A stretch of 64,000 bases of DNA. It comes from a virus. Both the position numbers and the translations under genes were made by a program. Within the stretch, counting starts at the first letter, position 1. Each line of letters begins with the position of its first letter. Positions 47,203 to 57,429 of the stretch are shown here, piece after piece. Under the pieces are notes generated by a model. It had not been told where the DNA came from. It ran no database searches and saw only the letters and a list, made by a program, of their open reading frames with translations. The stretch lies in IMG/VR virus record IMGVR_UViG_3300032268_000973, positions 64,001-128,000 of that record, one strand, 5' to 3'.

Positions 47203-50200
47203 ACAAGTAAATTTTGAATTTGATTTATTACCATTTTTGATGTGATTGAAGTGTGACATTCGAATTGTCTTGAAGTCCCTTTGTGGAGGGGACACCAATT
47301 CCAATCACCTCTATCAAACTTGAAGTCGGCATTGTTCCAACAACTGTTACATACGTTAGGATTTGTAATTCTTGTGCAATTTGAAGTAAACTCATGGTCT
47401 TTTTCCGTAAAGTTACTAATCATGACTACGTGTTTTCCTAAAGCCCAAGATAACCAAGACAACCCGCTAGAAAGACCTATAAAGAAGTCACTATGATAAA
47501 TAACATTCATTGTATTTTCTATAGATGTGTCAGTAATTTTTTCACAATTATCGAATGCATTATCTTCCTTAGATACATTGATGACTTTATATCCAATGGA
47601 AGTTAGGTGATTTATCAATTCTTGCCATCCTTCTCTTGTCCAAAATTTACAACCAGCGGTAGAGTTGGTTGCAATTGTAATATATTTTGTATCATACGGG
47701 TTATCTTTTGGGACGAATGAAATTCTTGGCCTAATTTCTTCAAATGGTAACCCCAATATATTTGTCGCAGCTTTCTGTAATGGAATTGTGTTTGGTAAAG
47801 TTGGTTCTTTATTAAGGTCATAAAACCAACCGAGATTATATTGCCCAAATATACCGTGAACTATACTTCCAGGTTCCACAAATTCTAAATTTGGATAAAC
47901 ATCCTTGAATAACTTGTTCCAATAAGTACAAACTGTAACATCACATTGATGAACCTCTTTGAATTTTTCAACATATGGTAACCAAGCAATGTTGTCCCCC
48001 AAAGATTTACTATCGAAATTTATAAAAACACGAAGACCTGTATAGTCCAAAGTTTTATCGTATATCAAATCTCCATTCTCAAATATTTTTGTTCTCCAAC
48101 GGGTAAAATATTCCCTATTCAATTTTATCCAATGATTTGATTTAATGACATTGTGATAATGACAATAATTTTCTTCGTCGAACAACATGATGCTAAAATC
48201 GCTATCACTTTCTCCTTTGATTTCTAAGAAAGGTTGGTTAATAAAATATTGGGTTATTGAAATATTTGGATCAATCATATTATTTTTTTTGATTTCATTA
48301 GACATTATTTTTTTATAAAAAATATAATGAGTATCTGCAAATTTCTCTAAAGAACCTTTAGTCTCATTATATTTTCTTTCTGAACTTATTAGATCTCGTA
48401 ATATTTGAACATTTCTTTCCAAATCTTCTTCGAGATTTACAATGAATGGATCAAACATTTCCATGTATTGTGGTAAATTACGGCAAATAATTTTTAATCC
48501 ATAAGAAGCCGCTTCTCTCACAACTAATGGATTACATTCCCAAGTTGAATTGAAAATAAAAACATCTGAAGCTTTCATAAATGTTTCAATGTCTCCTCTT
48601 TCTCCCCAAATATGAACATTGGAAGGTAAATTCAACATTAATGGTTTCCAATATTCCTCAAAGTTTGGGGCTTGATTACCCACGAAATGGAATTCAACTC
48701 CCTCAGATTGAAAATATCTTGCGATATCGATAGCTTCCTTTTGATTTTTTCCTTGTGACCATAGCCCAACACTCAATACATGAATTTTTGTTGGGTCAAA
48801 GTCCAATTCCATTTGCGCGTTTGTCTGATCTTCTTTATTTCTGAATTTATTTTCAATCGGAAATTCCATTACCTCAGTTGGAGAAGACACATTTTTGAAT
48901 GTTTGTTGTTCATGGAATGGAGTACAAAAAGAGTATCCGTCGGGGTCATATTTCTTCATCAATTCTGGTTTAAACCAAATGTTGTGACAAGTTTCCACCA
49001 TTCTCCAAGTTCTATTATTATCATATAAAGCTTTCATTACAGTTCCTGAAACTTTATTGAATGAGTCAAAACCTTCTATCATTTCATCCACATGTACAAT
49101 ATCGATATTATTTCGTTTGATGATGTCGATTATCTTCAGTGAATCCGTGTCATTATTATTACCTAATGAATTCAGGGTCCAAAATCTATTTTCGGGAATA
49201 ATATTTTTGATAATATCTCGTTGAACGGTATATGTTGATGAATACAGGCAATATTCAACAACGTAGATTTCAATCTCAGGATAATTTTTTTGTAATGATT
49301 GAATTCTTTTCAATAGGTATGCTGGCATTCCTCCAGTCGATAAATGTGGGGCCAAATAAAGTATTCGGAGTTTTTTGGAAAACTTGTCTGAAAAAAACTC
49401 ATTATTTTTGTCGTTCCAAGGTGAGTTAATAAGCAAATTTTCAGAGATTGAAGTATCTCCAACTTCAAAATTTAATTCTGATAGTGTGGTATAATAAACA
49501 TCAGATGTAAGATTAGTTGCACTATAAAAATCTCTATTTACCGAAGCAAAATAATCCATAAATTTAAATTCCCCTCCGATTAAATTTTTACCTAAATTTA
49601 CATAATGGTTTGGCACACCATAAGCATCTGATACAATTAAACCGTGTAAACTTGAAGATAGAATCAATTCACATTCCAATAATTGATCTATAAATTCATA
49701 GATACCAGCGGTAATATTCACAATTTTTACCCCCAAATCTTCTAACTGGTTGATTGTCTTTAAACATAAATCCGATTGAAAATCTGAATAGTGGGGTATA
49801 ACACCATACTTATATCGTTTTTCAATATTCGGATTATACTTTTTCGGGAAAAGTAATGCGGGATCACCAAACACATTTGGAACATCCCATCCATTTTTCA
49901 ACAAACAATTTCTTGTTAGAGGGCCTCGAACTGCATAAACTTTTTGCGGTATATCACCTATGCTGTAAGGATCCAAACATCCTGGCCCCCAAACATAATC
50001 ATTGGGTTTGGAAAATAGGAGATTACTTCCGACAGATAAAATTTTACCATTTTTTTCAATCATTTGTCCCTCAGTGTCAAAATGAAAAACATCCGTATCT
50101 TCTAACGATTTCTGTGAAAAGTGAGTTAAAATATGTTTCGATACTATATCTCCCCAATTATTTTCAGGTTTTATATATTCGTATTTTCTTATATAGAAAT

Positions 50201-52943
50201 ATTTTTGGATATCGTGCATCATCATCTCCATTATTTCGGGATCTTTTTCTCCGTGAAAAAACAGGACTTGTTCTTTGATTGATGGAGCTCTTAACCAATC
50301 TCCCAAAAAGTTTAAAACATCTGGACCTTTATATTCCACTTGTGTAAACATCTTCTTAACAGTTTCCAAAGTTCCGTTGACGTATAGGTATGGAAGACCA
50401 ATGTCTATTTTGTATTTCCAAAGTAAAACATTCAAGATGGTTTCTTCATCATAAGGGGCATAATGGCTTATGTCTTTTTCAATTTTTGGGTGTTTACACA
50501 TCCAATACCATTCATCTAAGAAGTCCAAAGTATTTTGACCTGCCACAAAGTAACCCGTTTGTCTGTATAGTTTTCTGACCGATTGGTCGACACTAAAAAG
50601 TTCACAAGCATTGTGTTCTAATGTATCACATAATTCCCCTCCTAATGGTCCTCCTTTACCTCTTCCATTGTATGTAAGATATTCATATACACCTTCAACA
50701 AAATATGGGAAAGGTGATTTACGGTCGTAGTAAAAGAAGATTGTGTCAACTAATGGTGTTGCAACTGAATCACTATCCACATAACAAACGTTGTGGGCAT
50801 ATTTTTGAAGAGCGTCTTTAATTATGAGAGGTCTTTGAATTAAAATCTTATATATTGTTGGATTTTTTCTATCAATATAAAAATTACCTTCAACGGATAG
50901 GTATGAATTTTCATCTGGTTGGTCAATATCACAATCCCATCGTATGACTGTTACGTCATCCACATTTATTTTTTTGTTGGAGTTAATCAAATAAACTATG
51001 ATTGGAATTCCACTATATCTTCTGATTGATTTGACACACATTGTGACAACATCCAAATAATTTTCAGTACAATATAGAACAAACGCTTTGTCTGATTTGG
51101 ACTGATACTTATCTGTGAAGTAATACCCGTATTCGTCATTCGAATAGATCATATTCAACTTTGGATATCTTGATGACATTACCTTAGGGGTCAAATCATA
51201 TTGATGATGGGTTTCATACTTATTTCCAAAGCATTCACTTTGTTTCATCAAATAATGAACCCCAACCAAGCAAGTTTTAAATTTGAAGTGTATTCGATCA
51301 ATCAAATCAACTGATTGAACTTCTGTCAAGTGATCCAATACATCCCCTAAAATTAAAAAATCGTATTCACTGAAGTCAAAGTCACATATGTCTCCAATGA
51401 ATACGTTGTCATATTTTTCTCGTAAATTAAATTCACTAACATAGGGTTCCCAAATTTCTATGCAATCCATTTGATAACCAAATTGCCTTAATAAGTCAGA
51501 ATATGTTCCTTTTCCTGGCCCAACATCTAAAATTTTACTGTCTAAAGGAATATTTGCGATTATAAAATCCCTTACTTCTTCTTTATAAAATTTATTATTT
51601 TCGGAGCAATATTGAACAAGTTCTTTGAAATGTTTTGGAGATTCTTTTGAATTAGGATTCATAATTATGAATTCGTCTTTAGAAACGTTAGTTCCATACA
51701 AATAACCGTGATAAGTAATAGCACCGTTGTATATCAAATTTATTTCATTTTCAATTTGAAATTCTCTAACTGGAGAATCAACTCTGTAAAATCTATAATC
51801 ATCTATTAACGATAGGATTGCTTTGCTGTAAGCGACAGGACCCGTCAAATGAAGGACAGCTTTTTTTCCTTTTTTTCCATCATAATTTCTTATGTTTTCT
51901 TTGACAAGTTCAATAGTTTGTTTTAAAAAAGGGTGATTTGGAACACTTATAATGTGCCAGTTTTGAAATTCCCCCAACTGGTATTCTAATAATTCATTCC
52001 AATCTTTTCCAATCCAATGAGAGAGTAAGTATTCATCTGTTGGGAGAATTGTTTCACTCAAAGGTCTACTCGTTGAAGATTTGATATCTAGATAGACACC
52101 TCCGATTTTATAAATCAAAAGGTATCTGAAAAAATCAGCTCTACATGATCCATAATTGGGATTTATACTTAGATATAACGAAAGTGTTTCATCATCATAA
52201 TGTTCTTTGATAAAATTGTAACAATCTTCGTCATCATAAAATCTATATTCGAAATCAGGATTCATTTTTTTTAAATTTTCTACCGTATTCTCGATTTCTT
52301 TTGGTAGTTCTTTCGTCCTGAATGTTTGATGAATTATTTTAGGTATTTTTATTTTTGTGAGAACAACATCGGTTTCATTGTAACTTATTTGATAATTTTT
52401 GAATCTTTGAAGTAATTTATTTATTTCTTCGATGTTGGATACATTTGGGTGTTTTTCGAATTTGATTTTGTCAGCAAATAATATTGGTAATTTTTCACAC
52501 ATATCTAAATAGTCATTCAGAATTACGTGATCATATCCTTCAGTATCAATTTTTAAGTATCCAATAGACCCTACTTCTTCACTTTGAACTAGAGTCTTCC
52601 AAGAAACGGTGGGTACTTTATCAATTTTTACAATTGAATTGTATAGTTCCTCACCTAATTCTTTAATAGCAAAAGGATGAGGGTGATTTACGCTATTACT
52701 TCCTCTTATCCACCATTTTAAATCGTGTTCTTTAATTTTTTCATCAGGTATGTAATAAATGTCTATGTCACCGTCCACATCTGATACCGCTAGTTGAATT
52801 TTTTTGACGTTTTTTTTATTTGGTAATCTGTCTAAATAATATTTTATCGGTTCTATACTAAGACCAACCATATTATCGTCCGACGATTCAATTAAAGTGT
52901 CAAAATCGGATGTCCCGATTTCTATAAAATCGTAATGTTTCAT
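47199..52943 (-). CDS. 1914-aa multi-enzyme: FkbM-like MTase, GT32, class I MTase, GT-A, pyruvyltransferase, GT4, TibC/AAH-like heptosyltransferase
   Basis: IEIGTSD/LKIDTEGYD; IPKIIHQ/RADFFRY/GGVYLD; ILDVGPG; YVDSD/DETILN; NWGD/VRGPLT/GDPALL/SSSLHG; STGG/STWECNPLVVREA; SLGDNIAW/IGLSSGLSWL/CNSC..CP..FEC. Confidence 0.8.
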   Translation of the reverse strand: MKHYDFIEIGTSDFDTLIESSDDNMVGLSIEPIKYYLDRLPNKKNVKKIQLAVSDVDGDIDIYYIPDEKIKEHDLKWWIRGSNSVNHPHPFAIKELGEELYNSIVKIDKVPTVSWKTLVQSEEVGSIGYLKIDTEGYDHVILNDYLDMCEKLPILFADKIKFEKHPNVSNIEEINKLLQRFKNYQISYNETDVVLTKIKIPKIIHQTFRTKELPKEIENTVENLKKMNPDFEYRFYDDEDCYNFIKEHYDDETLSLYLSINPNYGSCRADFFRYLLIYKIGGVYLDIKSSTSRPLSETILPTDEYLLSHWIGKDWNELLEYQLGEFQNWHIISVPNHPFLKQTIELVKENIRNYDGKKGKKAVLHLTGPVAYSKAILSLIDDYRFYRVDSPVREFQIENEINLIYNGAITYHGYLYGTNVSKDEFIIMNPNSKESPKHFKELVQYCSENNKFYKEEVRDFIIANIPLDSKILDVGPGKGTYSDLLRQFGYQMDCIEIWEPYVSEFNLREKYDNVFIGDICDFDFSEYDFLILGDVLDHLTEVQSVDLIDRIHFKFKTCLVGVHYLMKQSECFGNKYETHHQYDLTPKVMSSRYPKLNMIYSNDEYGYYFTDKYQSKSDKAFVLYCTENYLDVVTMCVKSIRRYSGIPIIVYLINSNKKINVDDVTVIRWDCDIDQPDENSYLSVEGNFYIDRKNPTIYKILIQRPLIIKDALQKYAHNVCYVDSDSVATPLVDTIFFYYDRKSPFPYFVEGVYEYLTYNGRGKGGPLGGELCDTLEHNACELFSVDQSVRKLYRQTGYFVAGQNTLDFLDEWYWMCKHPKIEKDISHYAPYDEETILNVLLWKYKIDIGLPYLYVNGTLETVKKMFTQVEYKGPDVLNFLGDWLRAPSIKEQVLFFHGEKDPEIMEMMMHDIQKYFYIRKYEYIKPENNWGDIVSKHILTHFSQKSLEDTDVFHFDTEGQMIEKNGKILSVGSNLLFSKPNDYVWGPGCLDPYSIGDIPQKVYAVRGPLTRNCLLKNGWDVPNVFGDPALLFPKKYNPNIEKRYKYGVIPHYSDFQSDLCLKTINQLEDLGVKIVNITAGIYEFIDQLLECELILSSSLHGLIVSDAYGVPNHYVNLGKNLIGGEFKFMDYFASVNRDFYSATNLTSDVYYTTLSELNFEVGDTSISENLLINSPWNDKNNEFFSDKFSKKLRILYLAPHLSTGGMPAYLLKRIQSLQKNYPEIEIYVVEYCLYSSTYTVQRDIIKNIIPENRFWTLNSLGNNNDTDSLKIIDIIKRNNIDIVHVDEMIEGFDSFNKVSGTVMKALYDNNRTWRMVETCHNIWFKPELMKKYDPDGYSFCTPFHEQQTFKNVSSPTEVMEFPIENKFRNKEDQTNAQMELDFDPTKIHVLSVGLWSQGKNQKEAIDIARYFQSEGVEFHFVGNQAPNFEEYWKPLMLNLPSNVHIWGERGDIETFMKASDVFIFNSTWECNPLVVREAASYGLKIICRNLPQYMEMFDPFIVNLEEDLERNVQILRDLISSERKYNETKGSLEKFADTHYIFYKKIMSNEIKKNNMIDPNISITQYFINQPFLEIKGESDSDFSIMLFDEENYCHYHNVIKSNHWIKLNREYFTRWRTKIFENGDLIYDKTLDYTGLRVFINFDSKSLGDNIAWLPYVEKFKEVHQCDVTVCTYWNKLFKDVYPNLEFVEPGSIVHGIFGQYNLGWFYDLNKEPTLPNTIPLQKAATNILGLPFEEIRPRISFVPKDNPYDTKYITIATNSTAGCKFWTREGWQELINHLTSIGYKVINVSKEDNAFDNCEKITDTSIENTMNVIYHSDFFIGLSSGLSWLSWALGKHVVMISNFTEKDHEFTSNCTRITNPNVCNSCWNNADFKFDRGDWNWCPLHKGTSRQFECHTSITSKMVINQIQNLLV

Positions 52944-53881
52944 TTTAAAATTTCTAAAATTTTGTTAAAAACTTGTAACACGTTTGGATGACAAACAAAT
53001 TCTGATTTGTTTTCCAAACATCCAATCAACGGGGGTACTCCCCGAATAGAATCCCATTCCCTTACACCATATCTCATATCAGATGCACAAGCAATTTTAC
53101 AAGCACCATCAACATAATGATATTTGTAATCTTGTGATCCATTTCTATAAGGTGCTCTTAATTTGTGATTTATTGAACCACCGAGTTGAATGATGTTTGC
53201 GTCCGTTGTTCCTGCTAAATGTAGAAACCCTGAGTCCATTGTAACAACAGCCAAACTTTTTTGCATCAACCACCAAGTTTGAGAAATTGAGGTGAGGTTC
53301 ATTAAATTCAATCCATCTCGAATTGGGAAATCAAAAATTGGTTTTTGAACTTTGTGAAATCCATCTTCTTGAGAATTTTTACCGACCGAAATAACCGAAA
53401 TACCTGAATCGTTCAACATAGTTGTAAGTAATACCCACTTTTCTGCTGACCAAGTTCTTGATGGCCAAGATTGAACGGGATGTATTACCACAAACTTTTC
53501 AGGTAAATTAGGAATTGGTTTCCATTCATCAGGAAAATAATCCATTTGACATTCCTCGGGTAAAAGTTGAAATCCAAGGCCTGCGGCATGAAATTGCCTG
53601 ATATCCATCACGTTATGCCTCAAACCAAGACCATACCTATTTTCCAAGTTGGGTGCAAAACTTACTAGTAATTCATAGTTGTCTTGTAATTCCTCCCTAT
53701 TAGAATTATCTGTATTGTAAATTCGATTTACATACTTGTTGTTTTTGAATAAATGAGGGAAATCAGTTAGGACTGAGATTCTTTTTCCGTATACGTAAAA
53801 AAGTTTTCGTAAAGATGGAGTAGAACAAATTGTGTCTCCGAGTCCTTTACATAAGTGTAAATCTAATAATGGTTCTTTCAT
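52940..53881 (-). CDS. GT9 heptosyltransferase-like protein with C-terminal Cys cluster
   Basis: GLGDTIC, HP...W.SRTW, TMDSGFLHLAG and C..AC...GC...FVCH. Confidence 0.8.
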   Translation of the reverse strand: MKEPLLDLHLCKGLGDTICSTPSLRKLFYVYGKRISVLTDFPHLFKNNKYVNRIYNTDNSNREELQDNYELLVSFAPNLENRYGLGLRHNVMDIRQFHAAGLGFQLLPEECQMDYFPDEWKPIPNLPEKFVVIHPVQSWPSRTWSAEKWVLLTTMLNDSGISVISVGKNSQEDGFHKVQKPIFDFPIRDGLNLMNLTSISQTWWLMQKSLAVVTMDSGFLHLAGTTDANIIQLGGSINHKLRAPYRNGSQDYKYHYVDGACKIACASDMRYGVREWDSIRGVPPLIGCLENKSEFVCHPNVLQVFNKILEILK

Positions 53882-53934
53882 ATTAAAAAAATATATGAAA
53901 GACTGAGGTCAAAATCTATAAACTAATGGTGTGT

Positions 53935-54102
53935 TTATCTAGTTTTTTTCTCAGAATTGTATAATTTGAGAAGTTTGAGAGAATCTTTATAACGTTTTTC
54001 CAATCTGTCAAGTTCTTCTACAGTTACACAAGTGTCACATGCGGCCTCATATTGGTCCTGAGCTTCCTTGATAATATTTTGTATTGTCTTCAAGAGTTTC
54101 AT
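53935..54102 (-). CDS. 55-aa hypothetical protein with CxxC (not in ORF track)
   Basis: MKLLKTIQNIIKEAQDQYEAACDTCVTVEELDRLEKRYKDSLKLLKLYNSEKKTR, read from the reverse strand. Confidence 0.5.
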   Translation of the reverse strand: MKLLKTIQNIIKEAQDQYEAACDTCVTVEELDRLEKRYKDSLKLLKLYNSEKKTR

Positions 54103-54187
54103 ACATCAATAAATATTATCCAAGGTCTACTTTATTTGTTTTTTTAGAAAACTATATTTTGGGATGAGTAAAAACCTTTAGACTGGT

Positions 54188-54195
54188 TATTTATA
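54188..54195 (+). promoter_or_regulatory. Candidate late-promoter motif TATTTATA
   Basis: 18 nt upstream of ATG 54214 in a divergent gap. It reads TATAAATA on the minus strand, so orientation is ambiguous here. Confidence 0.4.
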
Positions 54196-54213
54196 TTATA
54201 CAAAAAAATTTTT

Positions 54214-57200
54214 ATGGCGTGTACGTGTTTCTATTATGATGTTATTATCGACCAAATAGATTTGGATGACGCAACGGGTAATACCGATCCAGGTAAGTTT
54301 GATGGTACCGTATATGTTGACTATATTGATTGTAGTGGTAACTCACAACAAGATTTATACACACTTTCAGGTACATTCTTAAATGACCTTTGTATAGACA
54401 CAACTGGTTCTCCAGCACCTAACATTTATTATTATAAAAATAATACCCAAATTGTTGGACCATCTTCGTCAGTAAGTCAAACTTTAATTGAATGTTGTGG
54501 TGGAGGTGTAACCCCAACTCCAAATCCAACTCCGTCACAAACACCTACAAATCAAACTCCAACTAATACCGAAACACCAACTCCAACACCAACTCCAACT
54601 GAAACATCAACCCCCACCGAAACACCAACACAAACGGTAACTCCATCAACTACACCTCCACCAGATGGTTGTGTTTGTTATCAATATACAAATGATGGAG
54701 ATCCTGGTGGAATAAATTCAATAACTTATTTAGATTGTAATCACGTTTCACAATCTATAAACAATGTTCCATTTCCTGGTGGGACTGGATATTTCTGTGC
54801 AATTTTAGGGAGTGTTACTGCTTCATCAGGACTTACAATTATCCAAGTTGATGAAAGCTTTTGTGGTGGATGTATTGAAGGACTAACTCCGACTCCTACA
54901 CCAACAAATACTTCAACCCCTACTGAAACACCAACACAGACCTCAACTCAAACTGAAACTCCAACCGCTACGGTTGGATTGACTCCTACTGCCACTGAAA
55001 CTTCAACTCCGACTCCAACAGAGACACCTACAAATACTCCGAGCGAAACACCTACCAGTACACCGACTGAGACACCAACTCAGACGGCGACTAATACTGC
55101 AACGACAACTCCAACACAAACACCTACTCAAACTCCAACACAAACACCAACTAACACATCTACACCTACAGAAACACCTACTCAAACTCCAACTCAAACA
55201 CCAAGTCAAACTTCAACCCAAACACCGACTAATACGTCTACACCGACAGGGACACCAACTCAAACTTCAACCCAAACCCCAACTCAAACATCGACTCAAA
55301 CTCCAACAAATACTTCAACCCCAACTCAAACATCGACTCAAACTCCAACAAATACTTCAACGTCGACTCAAACTCCAACACCAACACAAACTCCAGGTTA
55401 TACTGTCCAATTCCAAGATTGTACAAACAGTTTAAATATATTCAGATTTTTTGACATCCCGATGACACTAACTCCAGGGTTGGTGTATTATATAAGTGGA
55501 GGAGTTGAATTTGAAGGATGTGCAACGGTTGTTGCTACAACTGGTGCAGGCGCTTTATATGATGGAGGTGGATACAGTTTTACTCAGACCGCGTCTGGAT
55601 GCGCTGACGCAGTTTGTCCTACAGAATCTAATGTTGCTGCTTTATTATATAAATGTTCTAATGGATCGGTATTTTATGCTAACGTAAAAGAAGATACTGC
55701 ATTCTTTGGAGCAACTTATCTATATAACGGAGAATGTTACAGTTTTGTTGAATTCTCAGGTCCAGGTGGACCTGATTTGAATGATCCTGATTTTGATGAT
55801 TGTTCATTTTGTGTTCCGACTCCAACACCTACTAACACACCACAACCTACTCCAACTCAAACACCAACCGTATCACCTTCACCTTCCGCATGTGCATTTA
55901 CTGATTTTTGTTTCTATACAACTTTACCTTCTTTTTCAGGGTATAATGGAAATTATGAAGTAGCAGGAACTTACAACTCAAGGTTATATTATTCTGGAGA
56001 TGGTTTGACCTCTGCTGTTATTTACCACACTGGTAATTATTGGTGTTTGAGTACATCATTGGGAGGTTCTTGTTTGTTGAGAGGGTCTTACCCTTGTAAA
56101 TCTCAGTGTCCTGATATTTCAGCCAATGATTTCAGTGGAGGGGTTTGTCCGACACCAACTCCAACCGCAATAGATTGTTCGACGTTCGACTTCGACGCAT
56201 ATTTCGATTGTGCTTACGTTCCTCCTGTAACTCCAACTCCAAGTATAGCTTGTGATGACGTAAACTTCACAATATCATCGTTTGGAGTAACTCCAACCCC
56301 TTCACCAACTGGTAACTTTTGTAGTGGAGTTGGTATTAGTTTCAGTTTGAGCGGATATAACCCTTCAACTCCAACGGTGACTTTAACTCCATCAGTGACT
56401 CTCACTAAAACCGTTTCAATCGAAGGAGTAGTGACCTATGGAATTATGGATCAAACTTTCAGTTGTGTTTCAGTAAAAGTCCTCACGGATTGTGGATCAG
56501 GAGAAGAATTCTATACTGCAGATTCTCTGTCTTTCAATGGAACCCCTGTGGTTATTGGAATGACAATGTTTGTTCAAGTTAATGGTGTAGATCGATGTGT
56601 AGTTTACACTCGAGACGATAAGAATTTATCTTCAAATAGTAATTTGGGGGCTATCACTCAGATATATGCTTCTTGTGAATATTGTAGCACTATCCCAACT
56701 CCAACACCAACTACGACATCAACACCAACCAATACTCCAACATCAACTGCAGGAATTACTCCAAGTGTAACCGCAACACAAACTGCGACACCATCTCAGA
56801 CTGCAACCGTTGGAACAACACCTCCACCAACTCCTACACAAACAAGTTCGCCAACGGCTACAAATACTCCAACACCATCTATTACAATGTCGCCATCAGC
56901 AACACCAAACTTCTTGTATGTGTATCAATCTTGTAACAGAATTGGTGGGGGTGCAGGAAGCTTTACTCAAGTAATTCAAACACAACCAGTTGGTTTTACT
57001 ATTGCGGTCAATGAAGTGTTCAAAGATACTAACGGAAATTGTTGGTATTATGTTGGGCAATTTAATACATCTTACATTGCTCCTCCAAAAGTTACTCCAA
57101 TCAACTTTGGAGGGAATTATTTTACAGGTGTTCCGAGTCAGACCTACACTGATTGTGTCACTTGTGCAACAGCTAACATCGGAACATTTGGAAATAGCGG

Positions 57201-57417
57201 AGTTAGTAATGTGAGTGTTGCCGACGCTTGTTCCGACGCAATAATTAACCCTAAGACATTATATTCTAACTGTACAGAGATAAATGTGGGATGTATATTA
57301 TATGACAACTCTAATTTGACAACAGTGGTTAGTGAAATATATGTATTCCACCAAGGTGCAAACTGGGATCTTAATGGATCAGGTGTTGTAACTGGATTAT
57401 CATCAACACAATGTTAA
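54214..57417 (+). CDS. Cys-rich, Pro/Thr-repeat (mucin-like) putative virion protein
   Basis: Small Cys-rich globular modules separated by TPT(P/Q/N)T linkers; starts MACTCFYY. Confidence 0.7.
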   Translation: MACTCFYYDVIIDQIDLDDATGNTDPGKFDGTVYVDYIDCSGNSQQDLYTLSGTFLNDLCIDTTGSPAPNIYYYKNNTQIVGPSSSVSQTLIECCGGGVTPTPNPTPSQTPTNQTPTNTETPTPTPTPTETSTPTETPTQTVTPSTTPPPDGCVCYQYTNDGDPGGINSITYLDCNHVSQSINNVPFPGGTGYFCAILGSVTASSGLTIIQVDESFCGGCIEGLTPTPTPTNTSTPTETPTQTSTQTETPTATVGLTPTATETSTPTPTETPTNTPSETPTSTPTETPTQTATNTATTTPTQTPTQTPTQTPTNTSTPTETPTQTPTQTPSQTSTQTPTNTSTPTGTPTQTSTQTPTQTSTQTPTNTSTPTQTSTQTPTNTSTSTQTPTPTQTPGYTVQFQDCTNSLNIFRFFDIPMTLTPGLVYYISGGVEFEGCATVVATTGAGALYDGGGYSFTQTASGCADAVCPTESNVAALLYKCSNGSVFYANVKEDTAFFGATYLYNGECYSFVEFSGPGGPDLNDPDFDDCSFCVPTPTPTNTPQPTPTQTPTVSPSPSACAFTDFCFYTTLPSFSGYNGNYEVAGTYNSRLYYSGDGLTSAVIYHTGNYWCLSTSLGGSCLLRGSYPCKSQCPDISANDFSGGVCPTPTPTAIDCSTFDFDAYFDCAYVPPVTPTPSIACDDVNFTISSFGVTPTPSPTGNFCSGVGISFSLSGYNPSTPTVTLTPSVTLTKTVSIEGVVTYGIMDQTFSCVSVKVLTDCGSGEEFYTADSLSFNGTPVVIGMTMFVQVNGVDRCVVYTRDDKNLSSNSNLGAITQIYASCEYCSTIPTPTPTTTSTPTNTPTSTAGITPSVTATQTATPSQTATVGTTPPPTPTQTSSPTATNTPTPSITMSPSATPNFLYVYQSCNRIGGGAGSFTQVIQTQPVGFTIAVNEVFKDTNGNCWYYVGQFNTSYIAPPKVTPINFGGNYFTGVPSQTYTDCVTCATANIGTFGNSGVSNVSVADACSDAIINPKTLYSNCTEINVGCILYDNSNLTTVVSEIYVFHQGANWDLNGSGVVTGLSSTQC

Positions 57418-57429
57418 ACAAAATTTGAA

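Noticed and set aside
47203-47304. 105-nt overlap between the 1914-aa gene and FkbM as given in the ORF track
   Set aside because: An ATG at 47202 gives a standard ATGA overlap. The TTG/GTG or upstream track starts at 136, 1638, 9860, 15480, 22177 and 34344 were revised for similar reasons.
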